A program made the position numbers and the translations under genes. The notes below the pieces were generated by a model that saw nothing but the letters and a program-made list of their open reading frames with translations, was not told the DNA's origin and ran no database searches. Shown in pieces: positions 27,901 through 42,900 of a stretch of 64,000 nt of DNA. The stretch is from Veleropilina oligotropha (taxonomy: Eukaryota). Location of the stretch: assembly GCA_048128005.1 (NCBI GenBank), contig JBEUKZ010000008.1, forward strand, positions 310,001-374,000. The letters are read 5' to 3'. Position 1 is the first letter of the stretch. Each line of letters opens with the position of its first letter.

Positions 27901-30900
27901 GTTTGGTGATAATAAAACATTGAACGGCATAATTAAAGCAAGGTTTGGAAAAATGGAAATGAAAATATCATCTTACATCGTCCGTTTGAGATGGACGTTG
28001 AGCATTAAAATATCACAAAATGTTGAATTTAATTCTGTAGGCTGTGTGTGTACATATATTTATACATTTCTATGGGTGTTTCAGCTGGCATTTTTTTGTA
28101 TTTTTAGGACTGCGCTACTGGCTACACCAGGTCTGGCGGTGGTCTGTACCTCGGACTCTGTGAGCGCTGCCAATGTTACAGCCACTCCGACGAATGTGAC
28201 TCAGAATCCGGTGTCTGCAGAGTATGTTTGTCCAGAACCTGTTTAATTTATCCACCTGACATCTTGTTGTAGTTTTATCCCAGGTCAATAGTCTACTATG
28301 CTGATCTTTTGGAACTTCAGCTGTAGATATATGATATGTGTGTTCGACACTCAACAGTTATTATGCGATTTACTTTGGATTGGCTGTGCACATTAGTTAT
28401 GATGAGGTCACTACCTGCACGATTTTGGTGATGTTTGCATTCAAGATAAATGCTTTAGTAGGGGGACTTGCTAATTATCTATCTGAAATATTGTTCTGAT
28501 GCTAGTGGTTATTCCATATATCCAAACTTGGTGCAGCCGTTCGGGAAGTCATATGTTGTCAAATGCTGCTCTGAAACTAAATAACAGGAGTGTTTTAGAA
28601 TCACCATCTCCGTACTCCTCACCTAAAGCATCCGCCCCTGAAGCCGACATTTCGACTTCTTTTCTGGATCTTTTAACTGAGAACAATATCATTATCTGTC
28701 CCGATACTGAGGAGCTGCCATCGGACCACGCCCGACAGAATTCTATCGAGCCAATCAATTTCGACTTCATAGAATCCATCATTTCGGACGCTAAGCGTCG
28801 TTTCACCGCACTGCAGATGTTACTACCAAATGGAAGCACGAATCCATTTATCAATGCCACGGACAAATTAAACACGTTACCGACAGTATGGCATTGGAGA
28901 GGACACGCACCATTGGAAGGAACACATCGTTCCCTACAATCTACGACTAAGAACATACGATCTGCTATTGCTGTTAGCAAATTTATAGCAAAAAATCTGA
29001 AATAATATATTTCACATAAATAAACCGAACATACAATTTGAGTTTATGTGTCTCCCTTTATTATTTAAATACATAAAAGTTAACATATAACATTTGTATT
29101 TTCTCGCTATACAGGGAGGGATACTTGCAATACAATTATTGTATCATTATCACACAGTGTTATCCCTTGTTTATCTTTGATAAAGCCGCTTTTATACAGG
29201 TATATAAAATGCATATATCATGGAATTTCCGCAGTAAATACCACATACATACCGGATATACACCGGATACATATCGGATCCACCGGATACATACCGGATA
29301 CACACCGGATACATACTGGATACACACCGGATACATACCGGATACACACTGGATATACCGGATACATACCGGATACACACCGGACACATACCGGATACAC
29401 CACTGGAAGGGTATAAATAGACCTCCATTATCTAAACTCTCATTTTCCTCTGATGAAGATACATCTAGTATCGAAACTGGTCAGGACAACCCAGTGCAAA
29501 TTAGTAGTATCCAGCTCTAAATAACAGGAGTGGGTTTGTATCTCTCCTTCCGCAATAAGATGAACATGTCCTGCCTTGAACCAGATGATTGTAAATATAC
29601 AAGACATTGAGCAATTTTTATTCACAATTATATCTGTAGTAGGAAGACTTTCATATATTTAGCCTTTTTGTATTTATATTACTGGTAACCATGTTAATAC
29701 ATTACTTCACATTTTCAGAACTGTCAACACAACACGGAGGGTGACCATTGTGAGAGGTGTTCGGCCGGCTCATACGGAGATGCTACGCGAGGAACCCGAA
29801 ACGACTGCCAGCGCTGCTCGTGCCCGCTCACGGAAGCGCCCAACCAGTAAGTTGAAATCATGTGCAATATCTGAATCGTATCTCGAAATCAGTGCCAGAA
29901 AATAAGAAAAACATATTTTAGATTCTTAATTATTGTGGAAGTTATGGGTATATTTTATCTTGTTGAAATTCCTGCTCAGTGCAATGTAGGCACACAGGTG
30001 TTGAAATGTTATTATTAGGGCTTCAAGCTCTTTCAAGCTTGAAGCCCTATTGAAATTGTACCGGTTATTATTCTTATTCTGACGTTTTTTGTGGGCACTT
30101 TAGCGCGAAAACGGCTATAGCTACAGCTTTCAAAATTCATGTGTGCTTGGGCACATCATTGAAGCATTGCCTCGTTCTATTTTCAAGTTTAGGGATTTTA
30201 TGCTTTGGTCGTAATCTTCAATTTTGTAAAAAAATATGACCTCTTTTCAAAAACGATATAAGTCTTACACGGCTTTCGAGATCGAGACAAAATCTTCAAA
30301 GGCATGATCTAGACTATTGAGACAACAATCTCCTGGAAACGAAATTTTCATTTTTTCAATGCTAAGATCGCTACGGGCGTCCTAATCTTGACAAAATTAA
30401 AAATGACCTCTTTTCAAAAACGATATAAGTCTTACACGGCTTTCGAGATCGAGACAAAATCTTCAAAGGCATGATCTAGACTATTGAGACAACAATCTCT
30501 TGGAAATGAAATTTTCATTTTTTCAATGCTAAGATCGCTATTTTGAAGTTTTTTCAATTTTTCATTTCTGCAGTATCTTTCAATGCACTCCACGAAATCT
30601 TTCCAATCTTCCAGGGTGAGTGCGCATCGATATCAAGTAATGTTTGCCGCAAAATTTTAGCCAATAAATGCCATGGTTTCGTCGCAATCTTTGATTTTTT
30701 GAAAACATTAAAATGCGCTTTTCTCAGAACTGAGTAGCGTGATCTTATCGACACTTGGTAGTTTTGACAAAGCATTATATCGGTATATGTTGTTCTAATG
30801 GAATACTTTGTGAGACAAATTAAAAAGGAATTATGAAGACATTAAATTTAATATTAAATTGACTGTAACTTCTTTAATTTTCATTTATATGAAACGTGAC

Positions 30901-33900
30901 GCAATTCATTTTATTCGTATCGAAAATATCTAATGTAATATCTATAGAATACATCGCTAAAATGAGTTGCTTGAGAGTTAATAGACTTAGTTTTTTTAGA
31001 TGAATATTGCTTCATAGCGCCTCTAAAAATCGTCCTTTTTCTTCCAGATTTTCGCATAAAATATACTATATAAAGATCGTTATATTCGAGAATTGTGACA
31101 AGAATACAATAAGTACTTTCATTGTTTAAAAAATACTATTTTAATTCCTCGTCTCATTTCGGCGCGACCAGCTCAGTGCTAATTGCCTTATCAGATGAAG
31201 TAGGCAGTTTATGAGCCTGTCTCTTTGAGGTGTCATAAAGCTGCGTGGCAACCCTGTCCAGTGGACAGCAAGGCCCTTGAGAAGTTCTGCTATCAGGCTT
31301 AAGTAAACATTTAGCCAACAGAAGGCTACATGATTCATTAACTGTTAATATATGGTGAAAACATTGATATTCTGTTGGTCAGTCCAGTTGCGCATTCATT
31401 ATTATAGATACTTCTTAATTTCCATCATAGGTTAATGCACAAGATAATAGATTTCATAGCATCTAGGTTTCAAAATTTTCCGGCCCCCCTAGCACTTTCG
31501 GCGTAGAAATCTAAGATTGGCGGCATTCGATTCAGAGTGGCCATATGTATATCTTAAAATATAAAAAATATTTTTTTAAATTTAGTATTTTTTTGTAATT
31601 TTTTTATTTATTTTTAAATTCAACTTTTTTATTTTTTTGTATTTTACGTCTTTTTTTTATTTCGTTTATCTGATTGAAGCCCTCACAGCTGCTCGCAGCT
31701 TTAATTATTATTATTATTTTTGCAGGGGATATTAAAATGCAGACCGTCCGTGCAAATTATCTTTTCCGGAGCATATCTCATACACCGCTCTATATAACTT
31801 TTCGAAACTTCCTGGGTGTATTAAGTACTCTGTGAACTGGTGCCTTTTGCTAGTTTCAATGTCGTGTTGCTATTATTAACAGAGTTATTGCCCTTGTTGT
31901 AAATTCGTTAACATCTTTTCCGGAGCGTAGCTCATACACCGCTCGACATAACTTTACGAAACTTGCTGGATGTATTAAGTAGTCAGTGAACTGGTACCTT
32001 TTGCTAGTTTCAACGTTGTGCGGCGATCATTAACAAAGTTAATGCCCTTGATGTAAATTTGTTCTCTCTGAAGTGTATCTCATAAACCGCTCAGCATAAC
32101 TGTACGATACTTGTTGGGTGTATTAAGTAGTCAGTGAACTGGTGCCTTTCACTACTTTCGACGTTATACATCAAATATTAGCAGAGTTAAAGAGACTATT
32201 GTCCGTAAATGCGCTCTTTCTTTTTTAAAAAGAAAACTAACAGCATTACACTTTTTGTTTATAACATCAAAAGTTAGGAATTTTCAACACTCAACTTTCG
32301 TCAGTAATTTGCTACCGTTTAAATTAATCGCTAATGAATATTTAAAAATAATAAAATGCGGTCTGCGTTTAATTACCTCGCACCTAGTTCATTTCCAATT
32401 GACCTAGTTGGAGCACAGTTGCGTTGGTTTCTGCTCGTCAAGTAAGATAGTTTTCTACTTGACAATAACATATATTGCCCAGTTACAATAATAATTTCAA
32501 TAAAAGTCTATCATATGATCATATATCGATCATATCTTCGCGAAATTGTAGTTTCAAGAACATACAACATATAGTAATTGTGAATGTACCATTGCGGGGG
32601 ATATTGATGGCTCTGTCTTCTTGTTTCAAATATTGTGTGGAACACATTGTATGTTTCCTTTCCTTATTTTCCAGGTTCAGTCCGACATGTATCTTGGATC
32701 GCGACAACCAGATTACCTGTACAGCCTGTCCGCCCGGACACACTGGACGAAAATGTGAATCGTAAGTCCAGATTTCCAGACTCCAAAAGGTCATTTGCTA
32801 CACATGCATGTATCTAAACAGAATGAACTGTACTCGATAGATCTACTGGTAGAGCGTCAAAAAAACTGTTAAAGTTGGGCGATGCGATTCTGGTTTGTTT
32901 TCTGCACCGGCGTGGGATATGAACATGAAAAATCATAACTGACATCCATTGAGTGATTATTAATCTGCTGAATTTTGACAAATTAATGGTCCTGTTGGTA
33001 TTTATTTTAGATGTGTTGCTGGTTATAATGGAAACCCTCTTCGTCTGGGCGATTATTGCCGGAAAGAAAGTAAGTATGCCACTCTTGTTCATAGAAGAAT
33101 TTCATGAAATGTATGTTTTTACGTTAGATTCTAAACAATGCATTAAATCCTGTCATTTTACTGCAGTGGCTTGTTCAGGAACCTGGTATATGATCATTTT
33201 CACACTCAGTATGAGAACAACCAAGATAATTAACTGCTTCAGCGGGTGACTGGTTAGCACATCAGACACTTAACTGAGACAGCCAGGAGGGTCTGGGTTC
33301 GAGTTCAGCTGGCGGCTCACTCTACCGACATTAAACCGGGTGTTAAGGCCGATAAATTGACAAAGTGTCGTAAAACTAAGTTGCCAACCAAGAAAGATAA
33401 TTATATATATATATATGTTTATAGAATATTTTATTTTTCAGCAATCACCTGTGACTGTGACCCACGTGGCACAGTACCGAACACGCAATGCGACCCCATC
33501 ACCAAACAATGCCAGTGCAAGGTAAGAATTTTATATGCGAATAACACACCTGAGGCCTGTTCAAGATCGACAGCGCTTGCAAGCTCCCTTGTGCACTAAC
33601 GTCTGAACAGAAAAGCTCGCCCATGCGCTCACGTACCTTTACTCGGAGCAGTTCGCCCGTACATCCAAAATGGCATCTAACGCAGTAATAGTGCAGTTTA
33701 ATTCCGATGAATGACAATGGCTCTAAAGTTAACAGTAACTAAAGTTTGCATCACAAAGTGTTCTTGATCACTGCAGGTCAGATCAGGAGTTTAATAATAT
33801 GGTAAAATTCACAATGACTGATTTCATAGGAATAGATCACACCATGCAGCAATGACACTACGCTATGGGGGATCAGTGGTCGCACATGTTTTCCTCTGTT

Positions 33901-36900
33901 TTATTTTATTTTTGGCGTACTTTCAAATTTTCCGATACGGTGCAAGCGCTCGTATCCATTCATAATCATCATTGCATAGGTAAGCAATCAGTTGAGCGTG
34001 CACGCTATCCATTCTGAACATGCCTCTTGTATTACAGTCTAATTTAGTATTTTGTGTTCATATTAAGCTTGAAGCATTGTTCCTGTCCCTTGCAAAATAT
34101 AGTTTTTATGATAGCTCATATCTTTGTTAATAATAATAGCCATTGAAATTTTCTGCATGTGACCCTTACAATCTTTCAATATTGCAGATCTGCACTTGAC
34201 TATATCAGTATGTCCCAGACAACTCATGGTTATTTGACCCCTGTCACAATTGTTGTGTTCCTTGTGTGTTGCAGGCCTACGCGATCGGCCACCGCTGCAG
34301 TTCTTGTCGAGATGGTTACTTCCATCTGGACGAGCAGAACAGCCAGGGTTGTCTGTCCTGCTGGTGCTCCGGAGTCACCAACACCTGCTCCAGATCCGGT
34401 TACTACAGAGACAGGGTGAGTAACCGTAAAGGCAGCGGTTTATAGTATTGCTCCTCCCCACTCAAACATACATCCCTGGCTATGGGCCTGATCCACATGA
34501 GATTCCAACACGACTCCCTATAAAAGCATGATTACAGGTACAGTGGATTTCACTTAATTGCACAACGCTTAATTGCATATTTCGGATATTTGCATAAAAT
34601 ATGCAGCAACAGAATAGTTTACTAATATTATCATATGCTAAAAACCGTTTAATTGCATGAATAATTTTGCGATTTCCACTTATTTGCATAAGAAATTTTT
34701 GACTGCCTAATTTACAAAACAGTATATAATTATACCCCCGTGCTACGAAGTAGCTGGGGGTATATAGCGTTCCTTCTGTCTGTCCATTTTTCCGATTATT
34801 CGACTTTTTCCGGAGCATATCTCCAAAACCGTACATGCTAGCTTCACGAAACTTCATACAAGTGATAAACCCAAAATACCATTCCAGGAGGTTGGGGTCA
34901 GTATTTTTATCGGAGCATTTTATCATCGATTTCGTCATATATTTCAAATTATTTGAATAAAAAGGCATTCATAGAAATGAAATATTATTTTATTTACGCA
35001 ATCAAAACAATACCAATAAATATTATAATTACATGTATATATATATTAAACACCATAAAATAATTATATAATACAACCTTAAATATTTACAATTCTTATT
35101 ATATATATCTTCAGTCACGTACAGTATGCACAGCCTTAATTACTTAATCAGCATTAGTAACATATGTTGTCATAACAAAATTAAACCTAAAAAAGCCGAT
35201 TATCATTAATCATCTTATATTTTTAAAAGTTCTTGCCGACAATCCAGATTACCTTTGCTGTTAGGCCTAATAGCTATGTAATTTGCCGATAAACGCGAAC
35301 TTGTATTAAATCACTCGAGCTCAGAACATGTCAGTTGCACTAATCCCTATTATTTGGCAACTCTACTGAAACTCTTGATGAAACTGCCATTCTCGCTAGT
35401 AATTAAACAATAGTCGTTTTCATAGCATTTATTTCCGTAAATAGTTCCCAAAATTACTGCGCGACAGCTATCAACACAAAAGCACGCTTCATTGTTTCAA
35501 CAAAAGAACGTTGAGTGCTTGTGGTAAACGGCGTATCAAACGAATATTTTGACAATAATCTTCATGCTCTATTGCATTCTATCTACACAATTTATGTAGA
35601 GGTATATTGTTACAGCATCTACTGTATTTGGCGAGTTGACGACTTATTAAACGAGTTCCATTTACCGACTCCAACACTATTTCGGATAAGAAATAACATT
35701 GCGAAAATAGCTTTGAGGGAGAAATCAAGATATTCCGGTAGGAATTTATCATTTCGGGAGATTTCTGTCACTTCGGGAGTAGGCCATTTTGGGGTTGCCG
35801 ATTTCGGGAGTATTATCCTAGGAAATCCTCCCCCCCCCCCCCCCCGAGGGGGAGTATTAAATCTTCCCCCCCGCCAAATTTTGATAAAAAAAATTTCTTT
35901 CTTATTAGTAAACATTTGTAAACTAACAATGGAATCTTTGAACACTCAGCACCACTCGATGGTCAGGTTGAGGTAGTGGGGGTGGGGGGGGGGTGAAATT
36001 CCTAGGAAATACTCCCTCCCGCTCAATTTTGAAAGTGAAGGTCATGCAATTACCTTTCATATGATAATATGATATGATACGTTTATGTCGGCATTTGCCA
36101 ATGCTTATTTAAGTACCAAAATATGTCGGTTTTGGTGCTCAGGAACTCGGTGACTAGGAGGTTAATAAAATGAAACCTTCTGCAACGTGTAAGCCTTTTG
36201 AGACTTCAAAGACATTTCAATTTTGTAATTATTGAAATTTTGTTTTTGGAAATGCACAGTATTATGTTTTACATGTTGAAAGTGTCTTCTTCAATATTAA
36301 TGGTCGTACTTTTCACCTAGATGTTATAGCTTATTAATTTCATGTTTAAATTTAATTTTTCACAGATCCGTCCCCGCTTTAATGCTGATGGCAGCCACAA
36401 CTTTGGCCTGACAACGCGGCGTCTGAGCAGTGCAATCACGGATGGGTTCATCATAAATGCACCGGCCAACGAGATCACCTTCAGTAGCTTTGAAGGTATT
36501 CAACGGGAAAGAGAAAGCCTCTTCTTCTCTCTGCCACCAAGATTCCGCGGCAACAAGGTACGAATTCATATTTTGAGTGGTGATTTCTGTTCTCAAATTC
36601 CACTAACTAGGTAACCCTGGGTCCGATTGCATATTTTATGATTTCGAATCTACCTGGTATAAGTCAGCATGAATATATCAGGGTTCGCACAGGTCCTTGA
36701 AAGTCATGGAATTGTATTGATGTTGTTTCAACGCCCTTGAAGTCATGGAAAATCTGGAATTTGGGCAGAAAGATTTGGAAAAGTCATTGAATTTTATTTT
36801 TAATTGTTGTTTTCTGACTAAAATGTGTCTCTGTGGTGATTGGAGAATAAATTTTAGCTATAGCAAAAATGAAATGGAGAGCGGACTAAGCAGGGTTAGG

Positions 36901-39900
36901 GTTATTCCTTTGACCTATTTAGTATTCAGAGATATACCCTTGAAATTTGGAAATTTGTCCTTGAAAAGATCCTTGAAAGTCCTGGAAATTTGTCATTGGA
37001 AATCTGTATGAACCCTGGTTTAGTTGCGATGCATATGACTGTTGCTTGTCATTAGTTTTGGTTATGTTGATGTCTGTGGAAGTGTGATTGAATAAAGCAC
37101 TGATATGAGACGAACAATGCTGTATGCTAATACCATGCTGTATGTGATAGTTATTTCGTTAATTTTCATGCCATTACAGGTATCATCGTATGGTGGTTAC
37201 CTGAGATTCACCCTGCAGTACGGCGTGGCGCAAGACGCAGGTGCTCAATACATGGATGTAGACCTGGAAATCATAGTGAGTACATTTGCGCGTATTTAGC
37301 TCGATTGTGGCCCTAGGAGATGAAGAACTAAGAACGATGATAGAATGGGGATCGATGATTTATTACAATGATATAAATATAAATTTCAAAGGGGTAAAGC
37401 ATTGATTATAAAGAAACATCATCATCATCATAATATTTGCTTCTTTCAAGTCGACAATAACAGATATGCACTCTTGCAGCAATTATTCAAATCAACCTTT
37501 GTCTTCGAATAAAAAGTATTATTTATATGCTGTATGAAACGTCGAGACATGGTGACATCAATCACTCAATCAGAACTTCTCAGTACTCGCAGCCAATTCT
37601 AGAAGCATACTAAATTGTCAATCACAACCGCCTTAAATATTTTCTTTAAGAGCGTTTGCAGAATATTGTTGTCTTGATTATATGTATAATAGATGTGGCT
37701 GTATTATTATAGTCATTGATTTATTTCATAACACTTGTTAATTTAGTAGGTTACATTACCATTACTTATTATCAAAGCATGTGAAAATAGTATTGATATC
37801 TCGTTGTCTTGACTATTAAATAATGTGAACCGTTTTTCAGAGTGGCAATAGGCGGTTGTATACGCTGTTCAACCCAAAAACTGTTCCTGAAGAGGCCAAT
37901 ACATACGAGATACCCATCCTGGAGGTATGTGTCGGGGTACCAAGTCATATTGTATTCATAGTAATTGATGGGTTGAGACATTTGTTGGACCGTTCTAGTG
38001 ACCGAGTGGCTAAGAGCATAACTCCAAATCCATGGATTTTGAATACATTATTTTGCTATATTGATGCCACTCACTACAATGGAAGCGATATTATATCAAA
38101 ATTCAATAACATTAATCATGTTCCTGAGCATAGGTTTAGGCTAGTTATGCCCTGTGCTACGGATTTGTTGGGGGTATATAGCACTCCGTCCATTTGACTT
38201 TGTTCGGAGCATATCTCCAAAACCATGCATGTTAGCTTCACAAATATTTGTAAACACATTAAGTATGGTGAGTACTTGTGTGTTTTTCTACTTTAAATTT
38301 TCTGAACTTTTTATTGGAAATAACAGAACAGTAATCCAATCAATTTTTATTTTGAAAAAAATGCACATATAACAATATTAACATTGGTACAAACTATATA
38401 ACGAGTGAAAGCGCTGAACAGGGGTATTTACTCTTTGCTGATATTACTTGTTTTCTATTATATTCTTTTAGACATCATTCCGATCTATCGATGGATCTTC
38501 ACCAACGAGAGAGATGTTCTTGGAGATCTTCGCCGACATCGATGCCATGTTGATTCGAGCCACTTACAACAACATAATGGCCTCAGCCTCGCTACGTGAC
38601 CTCAGCTTGGATATAGCAGTGCCGCAGAACAACGGCCAAAACACAGCCCCGATGGTAGAGCGTTGCCAGTGCCCCGAGGGATATACAGGGCTGTCATGTC
38701 AGGTAAGATGCCAACAACTAAGTAATCTTCGTCATCGATATCATTATCCTTGCTCCTGTAGTTGCAGGGAAGGGTATTGCAACTGTGTCTTGATAACTCC
38801 TGGTCCAATTTCCTTCAAATTTTAACACACGGCTGAGTACACCACTAAACCAGGAAATATCCCAAATAAGATTTTACATCATTTTCGGTTTCTGTTTCTG
38901 TATCGAGACAACTTAAAATCATCATCATGTTCCTAAAGCTTGTCACCAGGGCAAAGATTTGAAATCTCGGATTGCCTTCATTAAACGTGGACTTATTTGG
39001 TTTTAGTGTGAATCATGTCATCAATGTTATTTATTTCTTTTACATTTGGTCAAATGTTCAATATTATACATTGACAGCGATTATAAAGCGGCAGTGTTTA
39101 TTTTGTACTAACCTCGTCGCTTCACAATTAAATACAAAATCACTATTGTGAAATACGATGACCATACAGATTAATTTATTTTGTGCAGGAAATAATGTGG
39201 TCGAGTTATCATACGACCTCAGTGATGTAGATCAGTCCAGTGATATTAATTTGTTGAATAATAAAAATTGAACATTGATAATTATTCAATAATTTCTTCA
39301 CCAGTTTATTAATATGTCATAAATTAAACAACCTGCTGTAGACCGTTTCTGTTACAAATAATTGAATTTTCCTACCATTGACGTACTGTTTAACGTTTGC
39401 TTTATTTGACAGCAATGTGCTTCTGGCTACCTACAAGTGCGCGACTCTGGCCCCGGACTCGGCAGGTGTGTGAGATGCAACTGCAACGAACATGCGATGT
39501 CATGTGACCCGTCATCCGGAAAGTGCTTGGTAGGTGCACAGTTTGCAATGTGTATTCTCAAACATAACTATAGTTACCATTATTGTATCCCCCGAAACGA
39601 AAGTGCCGCGTCCGCCGAGAGATTCCTCGTGATGTCTCTAGGCAGGCAGTTTCTTAACGGAATGTTTTCAAATGTGGTATGCGCATTGGTTGGGGTGAGG
39701 ACACAGCACCTATAGAATTTGGGTGTGGTCCGACCTCCAAGATGGCCGCTGTGGCCTCCATCTTGGATTTTAAGCATAATTCCACATGATCGCTCTAGAC
39801 AGGCCGTTTCTTAACGGAATGTTTTCAAATTTGGTATGTGCATTGGTTGGGGAGAGAACACAACACCTATAGAATTTGTGTGTGGTCCGACCTCCAATAT

Positions 39901-42900
39901 GGCCACTGTGGCCTCAATTTTGGATTTTAAGCATAATTCCTCGTGATCGCTCTAGACAGGCCGTTTCTTAACAGAATTTTTCAAAATTTGGTATTTGCAT
40001 TGGTTGGGGCGAGAACACGACACCTATATATTGTAGGTGTGGTCTGATCTCCAAGATGGCTGCCACGACCACCATAATTGCTTGACATTGCTCTAGACAC
40101 GACATTTCTTAACGTAATGTGTTCAAATTTGGTATGTGCATCGGTTGGGGTGAGGACCCGGGTGTCGTCCGACATCCAAGATTCCTCGTGATCGCTCTAG
40201 ACAAACTATTTCTTAACGGAATGTATATAAATTTGGGATGTGCATTAGTTTGGGCGAGGACACGACACCTAGATATTTTGGGTGTGATCCGGCCTCCAAG
40301 ATGGCCACTGTGGCCTCCATCTTCATTCTTGGATTTTAAAGCATAATTCCTTGTGATCGCTCTAGACAGGACTTTCTTAACGGAATGCTTTCACATTTGG
40401 TATGTTCATTCCATCCAGGATTACCGGGGGATACATATGCGGTCACTCGTGACTGAGCGTTCTAGTTATAATACATACTTGCCTAGTTCTTCATTACAAC
40501 ATTTAATGAATGGACATGATATATTGTTGATTAAACCTTTCATATGGTCTATCAATTTTGTCCTAGAAGACATCACAGAGAGTACAATGCCTAAATTGTC
40601 AACCATGATAGTTAAAAATTTGTTGCATATTAACAAATGCGACTGATGTGCGGCGAATATTTTGGGTCATATATTGATCGCTTTGGATTTAAATTGCCAG
40701 CGTACTGGGTGTGTCTTTTTCAGAATTGCCTCCATAACACTGTAGGCGATCGCTGCGAGAGGTGTGGTTCCGGTTACTATGGTGATGCAACCGTCGGCAC
40801 GCCAAACGACTGCAGGCGATGTGCGTGCCCGCTCACCATTCCATCCAATCAGTATGTACTATAGAGCACATCCCTTGTTAATTAGAGGTATATGTATGTG
40901 TGTGGACACAATTTCAGATAAAAATCAAATTATTTATTCACAAAAATATTGCCAGGGGTCGACCTTCACGGTAATCCGGTAACCCGAAGTTACCAGATAT
41001 CTAAACGGATTATTACCACTATGGTCTTTTCAGTGACCCGTGTGGGAACCAGGTGTGAACAGCTTCCCGTATTTACCTCTGGCGACCAACAATTAGTACC
41101 TTGATATCAGTCAGCTACTGTCACTTGTCAGTGGTTCCAGTAGGCTATTACATCAATGTTCCACGAGTTTATTATAAAAATCGTTATCCGACACTGCGGA
41201 CTCGACAATGTGAAAGTTTCTACTTGAAAACATCGCTTTGTGGACGCCATTTTTTGTTCATATTGTAAAAAGCTGATCGTGTGTTTTCATTGGTCAATGA
41301 GTTATGCTAGGCCAATCATTTGCTAAATGACACAGCTACTGCTTTATAATTTCTCTAAGCTATCAGCCAGATGACAACATGACAAAACGAGCGATGAAGG
41401 CTACAGCTGGGAAAATAATTACATGTATATATAATAGCATAATTGATATAGACTAGTATAGCCAGGGATTATTTTGTCTTAAACTGTAATGGAACAATTT
41501 CAAGATAAAGTGGCGGGTACATCATGATTATTGAACAGAAAAATGACCATTTTATTAAACATTTTAAAAGAAGTTAACTATAATTAAGGTGTATTATAAT
41601 TTATTGATAAATTGGATTTTATTTATTTTTTTCATGATAATGGCTAAATGTTGTGAAAATGACATAATTTATCCAAATGTGACCATAAAAATTATGATAT
41701 GACAACTAAAAATTTCATTTGCCATATTGGATAATAATTGTCGATGGAAAATTAATGATTTATGCAGACTGAATAAATTAATCACATCAATATGTTCCTA
41801 ATATTAATATAAATAATTAAATGACAGAATGTCAGATGCTTATTGTCCGGACCTTGTGGACAATGACAGGAAATTCAAATGAGTTGACGGTTCCATATTA
41901 AGTAAAAGTTTGATTGTGTTTTATAGATTTTTAAGTTCAACTAAAATTAAATTAATGCTTTAAATTACGGGATACCAGTTATGTTTGTGGGATACCTGAA
42001 ATTCATTTGTAATATCCCTGCTGGGTACCACAATTTTTTGCGAAGATCTACCCCTGATTGCCAAGGTTATACAAACAAGAGCACCCCAATCTTTTCTGGT
42101 ATAATGATGTTATACTTGTTGTAAAGTAAAGTGACAGGATTTACACATCTGTATGTTTGTTCCGAGTAGTATCCTAAGTTTGAAAATGACTGATTGTCTT
42201 GATTTCTTATTTACAGATTTTCACGCACATGCTACCAGGGTCGTGACAACCAGATCACGTGTGACGCTTGCCAATCTGGATACACTGGACGGAATTGTGG
42301 AGAGTAAGCATGTGGACGGGACTGGTATAGTTGAACCCTTGTGCTCGCAAAAATATTGATTGTGCATATCCCTAGAGTTTAGTTACCATTAGTAATTCTA
42401 AAAAGGGTTTGTGGAATATTGGTAAGTAGTGGCTGCACTGGTTGTCGAGTGGGTTAGACCACCGACTCGGAATTCCCTCGCTTGACTGCTCTGTATAACT
42501 GGAGTGAGCACGAATCCTCGATGGTTTAATCTTTGTTTAGTTGTTCATGAAGGCGGATTTCCCGAGTGAACCGTTTTTTCTGCAGCGATAATATGAACTA
42601 GTATGTCTTGACATTAACCTAAAGGTTGTTACAAACGGGACATTAAGCATCCATACCAAAATAAACTATGTAGCATTTAAGATTTGGAACTAATTGGTTT
42701 TCAGGTGCATGCCAGGATATGAAGGGAATCCACGACAGCCGAGAGACAAGTGCCGCAGAATCGAAGGTTAGCTACGTTATAATGGTTAAAGAAATATATG
42801 AAATTATTCAATCCAATTTTATAATCTTTGTTTTCTTTTATGAACGGGAGTTAAATCGGACCTGACTAGATAAAGAATTAATTGATACTTTCAGTCGATG

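Noticed and set aside
29125..29520. Overlapping repetitive ORFs ([10 protein letters not shown]...)
   Set aside because: Artefact of an 11-bp minisatellite lacking stop codons
34480..35976. ORFs of 162, 153 and 108 aa
   Set aside because: They run across patchworks of repeat fragments and poly-C; no domain or splice logic
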